Of a stretch of 63,707 bases of DNA, positions 28,339 to 38,403 are shown piece by piece; position 1 is the stretch's first letter; each line of letters opens with the position of its first letter. The position numbers and the translations under genes were made by a program. The notes beneath the pieces were generated by a model. The model was not told the origin of the DNA and searched no databases. It worked only from the letters and a program-made list of their open reading frames with translations. Origin of the DNA: Bacillota bacterium. Lineage in GTDB: Bacteria; Bacillota; Clostridia; Christensenellales; DTU072. The DNA lies in assembly GCA_009781445.1 (NCBI GenBank), contig WQYD01000005.1, positions 1-63,707 on the forward strand. Reading direction: 5' to 3'.

Positions 28339-29078
28339 AAAAAATTATACCGTGCCTTGATATTAAAAACGGCAGAGTGGTTAAAGGCGTACAATTTGAA
28401 TCACTTAAGGACGCAGGCGATCCTGCTTCCTGCGCCAAGGCTTATGCGTTGCAAGGGGCAGACGAAATTGTGCTTTTGGATATATCCGCAACCACTGAAA
28501 ACAGGAAATCCGTGCTTACCGAAACAATTAAAAGCGTGCGCCAAGAAGTAAGCGTGCCTATCACCGTGGGTGGCGGAATTTCAACGCTAAAAGATATTGA
28601 AGCCATTTTGAATGCAGGTGCAACCAAGGTGGGCATAAATTCGGCGTCAGTTAAAAATCCCAATCTCATAAATGAAGCCTCAAAAGCATTCGGCAGTTCT
28701 AAAATTGTGATTGCAATTGATTGTAAAAAGGTTAATGAGGTGTATAATGTACTTATTAACGGTGGCTTCACGGATACTGGCTTAAATGCTGTTGATTGGG
28801 CTAAAGAGGTTGAAAGGCGGGGCGCAGGGGAAATTTTACTTACCTCTTTTGATAAAGACGGCACTAAAGGCGGTTACGACATTGCTATCACTAAGCAGGT
28901 GGCAAGCGCGGTTTCAATTCCTGTGATTGCTTCGGGCGGTGTGGGGAAAATTGAGGATTTTCTTGAAGTTTTTACCAAAACCAATGCTAAGTCCGCACTT
29001 GGGGCAAGCGTGTTTCACTTCGGTGAGTTAACTGTTAATCAAATCAAAAATTACTTAAGCGAGAACGGTGTTCAGTGA
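28335..29078 (+). CDS. hisF: Imidazole glycerol phosphate synthase cyclase subunit
   Basis: [29 protein letters not shown] and ASVFHFG motifs. Confidence 0.97.
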   Translation: MKKIIPCLDIKNGRVVKGVQFESLKDAGDPASCAKAYALQGADEIVLLDISATTENRKSVLTETIKSVRQEVSVPITVGGGISTLKDIEAILNAGATKVGINSASVKNPNLINEASKAFGSSKIVIAIDCKKVNEVYNVLINGGFTDTGLNAVDWAKEVERRGAGEILLTSFDKDGTKGGYDIAITKQVASAVSIPVIASGGVGKIEDFLEVFTKTNAKSALGASVFHFGELTVNQIKNYLSENGVQ

Positions 29079-29097
29079 TAACTGCTATAATAGTATT

Positions 29098-29421
29098 ATG
29101 GATAATAGGAATCTTTTTCAAAAAGAAAAACAAGGGTTAATCCCTGCTATTGTGCAGGATTATGAAACGAGGGAAGTGCTAATGCTTGCCTATATGAACG
29201 AGGAAAGTTTTAATTTAACGCTTGAAACTGGCTTTACTCATTTTTTCAGCCGTTCGCGGAATTGCCTTTGGAAAAAGGGCGAAACCACGGGGCATGTGCA
29301 ACTTGTGAAAGAAATCATAACCGATTGTGATAATGACACTTTGCTAATCCTTGTGAACCAAACAGGGGTTGCCTGCCACACGGGTAGCAGGACTTGCTTC
29401 TTTAACAGCATTAAAAAATAA
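29098..29421 (+). CDS. hisI: Phosphoribosyl-AMP cyclohydrolase
   Basis: LMLAYMN, SRSR..LW.KGETTG, DCDNDTL and ACHTG..TCF motifs. Start placed at ATG 29098. Confidence 0.95.
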   Translation: MDNRNLFQKEKQGLIPAIVQDYETREVLMLAYMNEESFNLTLETGFTHFFSRSRNCLWKKGETTGHVQLVKEIITDCDNDTLLILVNQTGVACHTGSRTCFFNSIKK

Positions 29422-29442
29422 TCAAAAAACAAACTTACAATT

Positions 29443-29766
29443 ATGGAAAATGTACTAAACGAACTTTATAATATTATAGCCAAAAGAAAGGCGGAATTCA
29501 ATAGCGGTGCGGAAGTGGAAAAATCCCACACAATCCGTTGCTTTCAAGAAGGGCTTGATTATATTCTTAAAAAATGCGGTGAAGAATGCGCCGAAACCAT
29601 AATTTCCGCCAAAAACGGCGATAAGCAAGAAATCATTTCCGAAACGGCAGATCTCTTTTATCACCTCATGGTTATGCTTGCTTATAAAGATATTCCGCTT
29701 TCAGATCTTTTTGCCGAACTAAACAAACGCGCCCAAAAACAAGGAAACATAAAAGAAAGGCGATAA
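29443..29766 (+). CDS. hisE: Phosphoribosyl-ATP pyrophosphatase
   Basis: ILKKCGEECAE and ETADLFYH motifs. Confidence 0.95.
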   Translation: MENVLNELYNIIAKRKAEFNSGAEVEKSHTIRCFQEGLDYILKKCGEECAETIISAKNGDKQEIISETADLFYHLMVMLAYKDIPLSDLFAELNKRAQKQGNIKERR

Positions 29767-30008
29767 GCTACGCTCAGAGTGCAATAAATCCCCTTGGTAT
29801 TTCTTGCACTCTGCTGAGGGGGCAAAAGTTCGTAATTACTCACCGCCTGCCCCCTCTATTGCCGATAAATCGGCAACATTCACCCCTCAGCGCGGATTTA
29901 TTCACGCGCTACGCGCTAAAATCCGTAAGGGGTGTCGGCAAAAAGTGCGATTTTTACCGCCACGCTTGCTACCGCAAGCACCCGTAGTTTACTCTGTTAG
30001 CAGTCTAA
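29741..30008. repeat. Structured ~265-bp repeat, copy 1
   Basis: Direct repeat of 30083-30343 with a nearly identical ~125-bp core and multiple stems. Confidence 0.9.
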
Positions 30009-30082
30009 GAAGGAAGTTATTGGCTTCATGAAATACCTATCCCCCAACCAAAAAGACGCGATATTAAATTTGTACAAGAAGT

Positions 30083-30343
30083 AAGGAAACATAAAAAGGC
30101 GGTAAGCTACAGAGTGATAACAAATCCCTGCGGGCTTTCTTATCACTCTGCTGAGGGGGCAATCGTTCGTAATTACTCACCGCCTGCCCCCTCTATTGCC
30201 GATAAATCGGCAACATTCACCCCTCAGCGCGGATTTATTCACGCGCTACGCGCTAAAATCCGTAAGGTGAAAAACAAAAAAGTGCGATTTTTTGTTTTTC
30301 CTTTGCTACCGCAAGTACCATAATTTTCGTTGCAACAGTCTAA
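30083..30343. repeat. Structured ~265-bp repeat, copy 2
   Basis: Direct repeat of 29741-30008. Confidence 0.9.
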
Positions 30344-30355
30344 AAGCGGTACGGC

Positions 30356-31642
30356 TTAAATCCAACCGCGTTTTTTCATGCTTTCCACAACTCTTGTTAC
30401 TGAAATTGCGTAAGCGGCGTCCCTTAAGGTTAAGGATTTATCTTTGGCGAAAGCGTACATGGATTCAAATGCTTTAGTCATAATATACTCAAGTTTTTCA
30501 AACACTTCTTCTTTGCCCCAATAGTAATTCGTATTGTTTTGCACTTGTTCAAAGTAACTGCAAGTTACACCGCCTGCACTGCACAAAATATCTGGCACGG
30601 CTTTAATTCCGCGTGCGTTGTAAACTGCGTCTGCTTCGGCGGTGGTGGGGCCGTTTGCGCCCTCAAGGATATATTTAACTTTTTTAGAAATCCCTTCCAC
30701 ATTGGCAGAAGTAATTTGGTTTTCAAGCGCGGCGGGTATTAAAATTGTTACCTCTTGGGTTAGCCATTCCGCACCGTCAAGAACTTCGTAGCCAAGCCCT
30801 TTTGCCTTTGTTTTATCAATACTGCCGAATGCGTCAGATATGCTGGCAAGTTCACTTGGCAAGCAACCCGCCGTTTTGCGGAATGTGTAAGCCTTTTTAT
30901 CTGTGTTGTCCCAGCAGGAAACTGCTATAATCTTGCCACCCAAATCGTGGTACATACGCGCGGCGTATTCGGCAACCTTGCCAAAGCCTTGAATGCTTGC
31001 GGTTGTTTTTTTAATATCCACGCCCTCGGCTTTCAAAAGTGCCTTAAGTGTGTAAATAACGCCGTAGCCCGTGGCTTCGGTGCGCCCGAGTGAACCGCCG
31101 AACCCCGCAGGCTTTCCTGTGATAACACCTGGGTAGCGTGCGCCTGTAATGGTTTCATATTCGTCAAGCATCCACATCATGTGTTGCCCGTTCGTCATAA
31201 CATCGGGCGCGGGGATATCAATCTCATGTCCTATTTCCTTATAAACGGCACGAATATATCCACGGCAAAGCCTTTCTTGTTCGGATAAACTCATAATGCG
31301 CGGATCGCACACCACACCGCCTTTGCCACCGCCGAGGGGGATATCCACCACGGCGCACTTCCATGTCATGCCCATGCTTAAAGCGCGAACGGTGTCTGCC
31401 GTTTCGTCTGGCGCGAACCTTATTCCGCCTTTTCCGGGGCCTCTGGAATCATTGTGCCTCATTCTGAAACCCTTAAAAACTTGGGTTGTGCCGTTATCCA
31501 TTTTCACGGGAATGTTGAAATGAAGTTCTTTCATGGGGGTGCGCAATAAATCCTTTGTACCCTCATTTAGCTTTAAGAAATCCGCAACCTTATCAAATTG
31601 CGCTTGTGCGTTTTTTAAAAAATCTGCCCCTGTTTTACCCAT
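30356..31642 (-). CDS. gdhA: Glu/Leu/Phe/Val dehydrogenase (glutamate dehydrogenase-like)
   Basis: GPGKGGIRF, GGGKGG, DIPAPDV, EATGYG, IQGFGKV and EGANGP motifs. Start placed at MGKTG (AAGGA RBS). Confidence 0.9.
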   Translation of the reverse strand: MGKTGADFLKNAQAQFDKVADFLKLNEGTKDLLRTPMKELHFNIPVKMDNGTTQVFKGFRMRHNDSRGPGKGGIRFAPDETADTVRALSMGMTWKCAVVDIPLGGGKGGVVCDPRIMSLSEQERLCRGYIRAVYKEIGHEIDIPAPDVMTNGQHMMWMLDEYETITGARYPGVITGKPAGFGGSLGRTEATGYGVIYTLKALLKAEGVDIKKTTASIQGFGKVAEYAARMYHDLGGKIIAVSCWDNTDKKAYTFRKTAGCLPSELASISDAFGSIDKTKAKGLGYEVLDGAEWLTQEVTILIPAALENQITSANVEGISKKVKYILEGANGPTTAEADAVYNARGIKAVPDILCSAGGVTCSYFEQVQNNTNYYWGKEEVFEKLEYIMTKAFESMYAFAKDKSLTLRDAAYAISVTRVVESMKKRGWI

Positions 31643-31838
31643 GTTTTTAAATTCCTTTTTGTTTTTCTGTAATGAACAAATTATACTTTTTTTTACGCCT
31701 AAATGCAATTACATTAAAAAAGATTTTTAAAATATTCCGCTTGGGAATTTGGTTAAGAGAGGGCAGAGGGCATTCACCCCAAAATTATATAAAGCATATA
31801 TAGTAGAGAAACGAAATCGTGGCTTTATTTATGAGGAT

Positions 31839-32390
31839 ATGTTGCTTAAGATTATTTTAATTGCGCTTGGGTTAAGCGCGGATTCATTTGCCGTGGCGGT
31901 TTGCCTTGGGCTAAAGATAAAAAATTCCTCAGGCAAGGAAGCATTTTTCGTGGGGCTTTATTTCGGGGTTTTTCAAGCGGTTATGCTTCTTTTGGGGTTT
32001 TATACCGCTTCGGTTTTTCGTAGCAACCTTCAAACTATCGGGCAATGGCTTGCAGTTGCCGTGCTTGTGATTCTTGGGTTAAAAACTGCCTTGGGCGCAT
32101 TTAAAAAGGAAAAGGGCGGAAGCGAAAAAGAATTTAGCTTAAGCCCCCTTAAAATGATACCGCTTTCGCTTGCCACAAGCACAGACGCGCTTGCCGTGGG
32201 TGCATCTTTGGTGTTTTTAAATATCAGCATTGCACCTGCCACGGTTTTAATAGGCACAGTCGCATTCGTTTTTTCGGCTATCGGGGTTAAACTTGGCAAC
32301 CTTTCCACCAAAAAAATCAAGCGTGTGGCGGAACTTTTGGGCGGAATAATCTTAATTATAATGGGAATTTTGATTCCTTTAAACTTCTGA
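31839..32390 (+). CDS. mntP: Manganese efflux pump MntP family
   Basis: LSADSFAVAV, FGVFQAVM and ATSTDALAVG repeats; 6 TMs. Confidence 0.85.
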   Translation: MLLKIILIALGLSADSFAVAVCLGLKIKNSSGKEAFFVGLYFGVFQAVMLLLGFYTASVFRSNLQTIGQWLAVAVLVILGLKTALGAFKKEKGGSEKEFSLSPLKMIPLSLATSTDALAVGASLVFLNISIAPATVLIGTVAFVFSAIGVKLGNLSTKKIKRVAELLGGIILIIMGILIPLNF

Positions 32391-33065
32391 TTTTATATTC
32401 GGAATTTGCCAATCAATAGGGACTACCCCGAGTTCTTTTAAAATTTTATTAGTTTTAGAAAAATGTGAAGAACCGAAAAATCCGCTGTAAGCCGAAAGGG
32501 GCGAAGGGTGCGGTGCTTCAAGAATAAAGTGGTTGGGGTTAGTGATAAGGGGCTTTTTTGCGCGTGCGTTTGCCCCCCACAAAAGAAACACAATGGGCGA
32601 TTTCCTTTCGTTAAGGCGGGATATAATGGAATCGGTAAGTGTTTCCCAACCTTGGTTTCTGTGTGAAAGAGGTTGATTTTTCCTAACGGTTAAAATAGTG
32701 TTTAATAAAAGCACACCTTGATTTGCCCAGCTTTGCAAGAATCCGTTATTAGGCATAAAGCACCCTAAATCGCTTTGCAATTCCTTAAAAATATTTAAAA
32801 GTGAGGGTGGAATGGCAATTCCTTCCTTAACCGAAAAGCACATACCGTGCGCTTCGTTCGGGTTGTGGTAAGGATCTTGCCCGATTATAACCGCCTTCAC
32901 GCTTTCGTAAGGCGTGGCTTTTAAGGCATTAAAAATGTCGTGCTTGTTAGGAAAAACCGTAAATCCGTTATATTCGCTGATTAAAAAACTTCTTAACCGC
33001 TTATAATATTCTGATTCAAATTCACCCTTTAGAATTAAATCCCAATCGTTGCCAAGATTAACCAT
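32379..33065 (-). CDS. ung: Uracil-DNA glycosylase
   Basis: GQDPYH, GVLLLN and HPSPLS motifs. Confidence 0.97.
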   Translation of the reverse strand: MVNLGNDWDLILKGEFESEYYKRLRSFLISEYNGFTVFPNKHDIFNALKATPYESVKAVIIGQDPYHNPNEAHGMCFSVKEGIAIPPSLLNIFKELQSDLGCFMPNNGFLQSWANQGVLLLNTILTVRKNQPLSHRNQGWETLTDSIISRLNERKSPIVFLLWGANARAKKPLITNPNHFILEAPHPSPLSAYSGFFGSSHFSKTNKILKELGVVPIDWQIPNIKSEV

Positions 33066-33085
33066 AGCTTATAATTCTTCTTGTG

Positions 33086-34819
33086 TTATCTTCTTAAAAG
33101 CGCGCAATTCCTTATTTTAATTTGATTGCGCGTGTGAACGCCGTTACCGCCGATATTCGCAGTTTCGTTTGCACTATTTGCTGATTCTATTGTGGAACGC
33201 GACATTTTGTCGTACTCACTTACGGACGAACCGATTCCCATAAATGTAAACACTTTAGGCACATTTAGGTGAATATGGTGGGTTGTGTCATAATTTGCGC
33301 GGGCAATTTCAAACGAATAAAAACCGCCTGCGTCCGTTTTGGTGTTAATTGTTCTTTCAATTCCGTCTGATTGCGTAAAGGTTATAATAATGTCAATGTT
33401 GCTTAACCTTGCGGAATAATCATAATTTATAAACACAGTTTCGTCCTTAGCTTCAAATAAATATCCGCCCACGAACACGGTTTCAAGATCGGATACTTGG
33501 AAACTTTCACTCATAAACCGCTTTAGCGTGAAATCCGTTTCTTCATAGGTGGGTTCTGAACCTGAGCTTGTAAGTTTAACTTCCGTCATAGAAAACTTTA
33601 CACCGCGTTGGGCGCGTGCGTACGGGGTGGGCGTCCATGCGGAAAGTGCGTAATGCGGTGAACTGTGGCTTATGCGCGCGCGATCGTCTACCATTGGGCG
33701 GGTGGAACTTGGGCCGTTAGCATTTCCTGTGGCACTGCCTGAGTTAAAATCGTCTGAACCAACTATGGAATAAAGATACCAATCACGCGTAACTCTGTTC
33801 AAGGCAGAATATTTTTCTGTGTATTCCGCGGAAAAGGATTCTCTTAAAAATAGATACGCACTCATATTTAAAATTGCCTCATAAGCATTTCTGCGAACTT
33901 CGCCCAAAAGCACCCTTTCTTTGTTCTCAACAACCTCAAACACACAGCCTGCACTGCCAAGAACGGTTACAAGGTTTGCATTATATTCCACATTATCGTT
34001 ATTAAATTCAGGGCTTAAAAGCGACACGCGGTTAGGGACGAAAAGCCCCTTTACATTTGTAAAGCCTGCTTTATGCAGTGTAAACAGCCTGTTTGACGCG
34101 CTTAATGCAAGGTTTGCCCCTGCGCCCGAACCAATAAACCTCACTTCCATATTAGGATTTGGGAAAACTGTGCCGTTGATAGGCTTATCGCGCATTAGCT
34201 TTAGCCACTCATTCACAAAGGCGTCAGTTAAATTATATCCGCCGTTAAATGTTTTATTTAAACCGCTGTTATCTCTATAGGTTAAGGCTTGCGGATTTCT
34301 AACATTATCTAAAAGCACGCTTTCGTCCTCAAAGTCCGCAAAACTTTCGTAATGAAAAATACCAATATTGAAACTCATTAGTTGATTCCAATATCTGCTT
34401 AAAGGCGCAAGCAAGCGTTTGCCGTCCGCATTTGTTTGGTTGTTATTGTAATTCCTGTTTGCATTGTCATGCAAAATTCCTGTTAAAACTTCGTCATTCG
34501 GATTTGGTTCTGTGGCTTCCCAATAATAAATATCTTCGGGAAGAATAAAGGAATCTTTTTCGTTATGATAGCTTCTTCCGTGGAAAACAATGGCTACGGG
34601 GCGGAAAGGGTTAAAAGCCGTTTCGTTTCCGTTCGCATCATAAAATTTTAAACTTAGCTGATAATCGGGAATATCAACAGGGCGCGCGTAATTCTTTACG
34701 CTAAATTCACCCAAACTCAATTCACCGTTGCAAGAGGCAAGAACAAATAAAGAACATGAAAACAAAACCACCGCAATAACAGCGATAATAACCTTTTTAA
34801 ATGTGCGCGCGTTAAACAT
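33086..34819 (-). CDS. Lipoprotein with degenerate alpha/beta-hydrolase-like domain and C-terminal prealbumin/CnaB-like beta domain
   Basis: Lipobox LASC; AIVFHG and RFIGSGAGANLA segments; C-terminal TKTDAGGFYSF. Confidence 0.6.
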   Translation of the reverse strand: MFNARTFKKVIIAVIAVVLFSCSLFVLASCNGELSLGEFSVKNYARPVDIPDYQLSLKFYDANGNETAFNPFRPVAIVFHGRSYHNEKDSFILPEDIYYWEATEPNPNDEVLTGILHDNANRNYNNNQTNADGKRLLAPLSRYWNQLMSFNIGIFHYESFADFEDESVLLDNVRNPQALTYRDNSGLNKTFNGGYNLTDAFVNEWLKLMRDKPINGTVFPNPNMEVRFIGSGAGANLALSASNRLFTLHKAGFTNVKGLFVPNRVSLLSPEFNNDNVEYNANLVTVLGSAGCVFEVVENKERVLLGEVRRNAYEAILNMSAYLFLRESFSAEYTEKYSALNRVTRDWYLYSIVGSDDFNSGSATGNANGPSSTRPMVDDRARISHSSPHYALSAWTPTPYARAQRGVKFSMTEVKLTSSGSEPTYEETDFTLKRFMSESFQVSDLETVFVGGYLFEAKDETVFINYDYSARLSNIDIIITFTQSDGIERTINTKTDAGGFYSFEIARANYDTTHHIHLNVPKVFTFMGIGSSVSEYDKMSRSTIESANSANETANIGGNGVHTRNQIKIRNCALLRR

Positions 34820-34874
34820 GGCATTAGTATATATAAACCTTCAAAAAAAGTCAAGAACAAAAATTGAACTAAAT

Positions 34875-35045
34875 ACTATATTTGTTGTCTAATTTGAGAT
34901 TTCTTCTTGTGTCTTTTCCGCCTAAAGCCACATTATTTTGCCGTTTAAGTGTACCCCAAGTACACCCCTACGCCAAAATACTGCGCCTTAAGACAAAAAA
35001 ATCACAAAGAAATAAATTCCAAATCAGGCGACAAAATAGTATAGT
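34875..35045. repeat. Long imperfect palindrome, MITE-like
   Basis: ACTATATTTGTTGTCT...AGGCGACAAAATAGT ends; apical GTGTAC-CCCAA-GTACAC (34949-34965). Confidence 0.6.
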
Positions 35046-35063
35046 GTGAACAAAAGCGTGAAT

Positions 35064-35654
35064 TTACACGCACACGGCTATTTTATAGCCGTCTATCAAA
35101 TCAAAATGCCTAACCCCGCTTAAATCCGAAATCCTTAACGCCTCAATAAGCGGAATACCGCGTGCCTTAGAAATTGCTTCTTTGGCAGTCCACGATTCAA
35201 AAAAGCAAGGCTTTTTTGAGGGCATAGGGATTTGGGCTACGGGCATAGGTGAGGGCATAGGGCATAGGGCATAGGGCATAGGGGTGGAATTATTTACAAT
35301 ATTACCTTCTCTCGTCTCTCGTCTCTCGTCTCTCGTCTCTAATCCTTTTCCACCATTGTGCGCTGTGCGCTGTGCGCTGTGCGCTGTTCCAAAAAATCTT
35401 TTTTCAATCGCCCCGCAATCCATTTCCCTCACCCTCTCAATATCAATCCCCACAGCAGTTCTTGCCACGGCTACGGCGGTAACGCCGTGAGAGTGGGAAA
35501 GGCTTACGAAAACAAGGTTGTTTTTTATAAAGGGTTTGCCGTTTTCCCTTAGGATTTCAATGCGCGAAGGGGCGCGCGAACCAAGAAACTTCTTAACCGC
35601 GTATTCAATAAACAGGTTACTTTCTATTGGTGTTTGGGATACCAAAATCAGCAT
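35064..35654 (-). CDS. 4'-phosphopantetheinyl transferase (Sfp-like) with in-frame repeat insertion
   Basis: GKP, SLSHS, VGIDIE and WTAKEA motifs. A heptamer-derived insert of ~56 aa lies between KRFF and FFESWTAKEA. Confidence 0.8.
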   Translation of the reverse strand: MLILVSQTPIESNLFIEYAVKKFLGSRAPSRIEILRENGKPFIKNNLVFVSLSHSHGVTAVAVARTAVGIDIERVREMDCGAIEKRFFGTAHSAQRTAHNGGKGLETRDERRETREGNIVNNSTPMPYALCPMPSPMPVAQIPMPSKKPCFFESWTAKEAISKARGIPLIEALRISDLSGVRHFDLIDGYKIAVCV

Positions 35655-37070
35655 TTACCTGTTTGTTCTGCCGTACTTACGGTTTAGGTTTAAAATGAAA
35701 TTATTGTTAACTTCGTAAAATGAAGCGGAAGTGGCACGGTATTCCCAATTGCCAAGCGGTACCCCTGGGGTGTTTGTGCGCGTGTCTGCACCGTAGCCCG
35801 CTAAATCCTGCATAGGGATTATCGCAAGGCGCGCAGAAGAGGCAATTATTTGCTTAATTGCCGAACGCACGGCAGGGGAATCCCCACCGCCCACAGCCCA
35901 GCCACCGCTTATATCAAGGAAGTTCAGCACCCCGTCCCTTGTGCCTGCGTCCATTTCCGTTAGCCAACCGAGAGTGGTGTTATTATCGTGCGTGCCTGTG
36001 TAAGCCACGGTATTCGTGTCATAATTAAACGGCAAGTGCGGATTTGTGGTTTTATTGTCAAAAGCAAAATGAAGAACCCTCATGCACGGAAAGCCCGATT
36101 CTTTTACAAATTTTGCCACATTGTCGTCTATTATGCCCAAATCTTCCGCAATAAGAGGGGGATTTTTGATAACTTTTTCAAGTGCCTTAAAAATCTTTGC
36201 CCCAAAGCCTTTAACCCATTCGCCTTCTTTGGCGGTTTTTGCGGTTGCGGGAACTGCCCAATAGCTGTAAAAACCGCGGAAATGATCCAGCCTCAAATAG
36301 TCATAAATCTTCAAATTATGCGTAAGCCTTGAAACGAACCACTTGTAATTGTCCTTTTCCATTTCCTTATAATTATAAAGAGGGTTGCCCCAAAGTTGCC
36401 CGTCCTCGGCAAAATAATCAGGCGGAACACCTGCCACACGGGTGGGCTTTCCTTTCGCGTCCAATTCAAATAAGGTTGGATTTGAAGCCACATCCACGCT
36501 GTCAAGGGACACATATATCGGCATATCCCCAAAAATACTCACCCCGCGCGCATTCGCATATTCCTTTAATTTAAACCATTGTTCAAAAAATATGTACTGT
36601 TCGTAGTAGTAAAAATCCTTAGGATTCTTTTCCCTTTTTGCCATAAATGAGGCATAATCGTTTAACCAATCCGCATTTTCTTTTTTAAAAGCGGATACTA
36701 AAGCCTTTGTTTCGCTGTCTATTCTGCTAAAAGCGGTAAGCAAAACTTTGCGCTTAAATTCGCGCGCGTGATCGTAGCAAACTCTGAATGCGGAATCATA
36801 ATGCTTGGCTTCATTCTTTTCTTCCTGAGTTGCAAGCGATTCAGGCAAGGAATCTATATCAATAAGCAGGTAATTCCCTGCAAACGCGCTTATGCCCGAA
36901 TAGGGCGAATTGCCTGCGCCTATTGTGGTTATAGGCAAAACCTGCCAAACCGAAAACCCCATTTCCGCAATAAAATCCACGAAAGCATAGGCAGATTTGC
37001 CAAAATCACCAATGCCGTATTCGCTTATATTAGCGGAAACGGGCATTAAAACACCCGCTTTCCTATCCAT
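35655..37070 (-). CDS. malQ: 4-alpha-glucanotransferase (amylomaltase, GH77)
   Basis: GDMPIYV, AGVPPDYF, GQLWGNP, RLDHFRG, IAEDLG and YTGTHDN motifs. Confidence 0.95.
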   Translation of the reverse strand: MDRKAGVLMPVSANISEYGIGDFGKSAYAFVDFIAEMGFSVWQVLPITTIGAGNSPYSGISAFAGNYLLIDIDSLPESLATQEEKNEAKHYDSAFRVCYDHAREFKRKVLLTAFSRIDSETKALVSAFKKENADWLNDYASFMAKREKNPKDFYYYEQYIFFEQWFKLKEYANARGVSIFGDMPIYVSLDSVDVASNPTLFELDAKGKPTRVAGVPPDYFAEDGQLWGNPLYNYKEMEKDNYKWFVSRLTHNLKIYDYLRLDHFRGFYSYWAVPATAKTAKEGEWVKGFGAKIFKALEKVIKNPPLIAEDLGIIDDNVAKFVKESGFPCMRVLHFAFDNKTTNPHLPFNYDTNTVAYTGTHDNNTTLGWLTEMDAGTRDGVLNFLDISGGWAVGGGDSPAVRSAIKQIIASSARLAIIPMQDLAGYGADTRTNTPGVPLGNWEYRATSASFYEVNNNFILNLNRKYGRTNR

Positions 37071-37100
37071 AAGTTACTTCCTTTTTCTCTCAGTATTGAG

Positions 37101-37355
37101 TTATTTTCTTAGGTTTTTTAAAAAGGATTTGGATTTGGGCTTGGCAAGTGCCTCACCCAAAACCATAAGTTTACCTGTTTGCAGTGAAACACCGCTAAGA
37201 TTATCCGCAATATCGTAAGGATTATCCTTTGCGGGTTCGTCTTTTATAACTCTATGCACATCTTCGTCAATCTCGTCAAGAGGTTCATCGTCATACTCAT
37301 GATCAACGATTTCACCCTCTTCCATTTCACGCGTGCTATATTTCTTGAATATCAT
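37101..37355 (-). CDS. Small acidic hypothetical protein downstream of floA
   Basis: 84 aa, starts 3 nt after the floA stop codon; C-terminal LMVLGEALAKPKSK resembles YqfB-type tails (inference). Confidence 0.6.
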   Translation of the reverse strand: MIFKKYSTREMEEGEIVDHEYDDEPLDEIDEDVHRVIKDEPAKDNPYDIADNLSGVSLQTGKLMVLGEALAKPKSKSFLKNLRK

Positions 37356-37358
37356 AAA

Positions 37359-38330
37359 CTATTTTTTAGGTTTAGAATCCGTTCCGCCGATTGCGTTTCT
37401 CATTGCCGTATCCGCTTGCAGATTTTGCATATTGTAATAATCAAGAACACCAAGCCTGCCCGAACGGAACGCGTCTGCAAGTGCCTTAGGAACTTCGGCT
37501 TCCGCCGCCACCACAAGGGCTTTCATTTCCTGCGTTTTAGCTTTCATTTCTTGTTCGTTAGCAACCGCAAGCGCGCGCCTTTCTTCCGCCTTTGCCTGCG
37601 CTATGCGCTTATCTGCCTCGGCTTGATCCATTTGAAGTTGCGAACCGATATTCTTGCCCACATCCACATCGGCAATATCAATTGAAAGAATTTCAAACGC
37701 TGTGCCAGAGTCTAAACCTTTTTGCAACACGGTTTTTGAAATCGTGTCTGGATTTTCAAGAACATCTTTATGCGAACGCGCAGAACCTATTGTGGTAACA
37801 ATGCCTTCGCCTACACGCGCAATAATCGTTTCTTCGCCTGCACCGCCGATAAGCCTTGAAATGTTTGCCCTAACGGTAATCATGGCTTTGCTTTTTAATT
37901 CAATACCGTCCTTAGCTACTGCCGAAATCATAGGGGTAACGATAACTTTGGGGTTAACCGAAACTTTAACCGCGTTCAGCACATCGCGCCCCGCAAGATC
38001 AATTGCCATTGCGGTTTGGATATCAAGCTGAATTTTTGCGCTGTGCGCACTGATTAACGCATTCACAACTTTAACCACATCGCCTTTAGCCATGTAGTGG
38101 GTTTCAAGCGTTTCAACCCTTATATTAAGCCCTGCTTTTTTGCCTGTGATATACGCGTCTATAATCATTGCAACCTTAATTTTTCTAAGGCGCATTCCAA
38201 CAAGGCGCGGTATGGATACAGGCGCGCCCGAAACAAGCGCACGGAACCAAATATTGAAAGGTATTACCCAAATCAAAAGTAGCGCGGTTACCACGCCGAT
38301 AATAATTAAAACTATTCCCCATGCTGGCAT
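37359..38330 (-). CDS. floA: Flotillin-like protein FloA (YqfA, UPF0365)
   Basis: [41 protein letters not shown] and KAEERRA motifs. Confidence 0.95.
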   Translation of the reverse strand: MPAWGIVLIIIGVVTALLLIWVIPFNIWFRALVSGAPVSIPRLVGMRLRKIKVAMIIDAYITGKKAGLNIRVETLETHYMAKGDVVKVVNALISAHSAKIQLDIQTAMAIDLAGRDVLNAVKVSVNPKVIVTPMISAVAKDGIELKSKAMITVRANISRLIGGAGEETIIARVGEGIVTTIGSARSHKDVLENPDTISKTVLQKGLDSGTAFEILSIDIADVDVGKNIGSQLQMDQAEADKRIAQAKAEERRALAVANEQEMKAKTQEMKALVVAAEAEVPKALADAFRSGRLGVLDYYNMQNLQADTAMRNAIGGTDSKPKK

Positions 38331-38403
38331 AATAGTTACCCCCTTTGTTTAGCGCATTTGCGCAAAGTAGTATTTATCAAAAATTGCGCCAAACGGCGCA
38401 ATG

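Noticed and set aside
29804-30323. Two paralogous 70-75 aa ORFs (HSAEGA.VRNYSPPAPS...)
   Set aside because: They are translations of the duplicated structured repeat; differences between copies preserve base-pairing rather than protein sequence, and no RBS is evident.
31650-31840. yybP-ykoY Mn riboswitch upstream of mntP
   Set aside because: Expected from context, but I could not see the characteristic structure; an Rfam cmscan would settle it.
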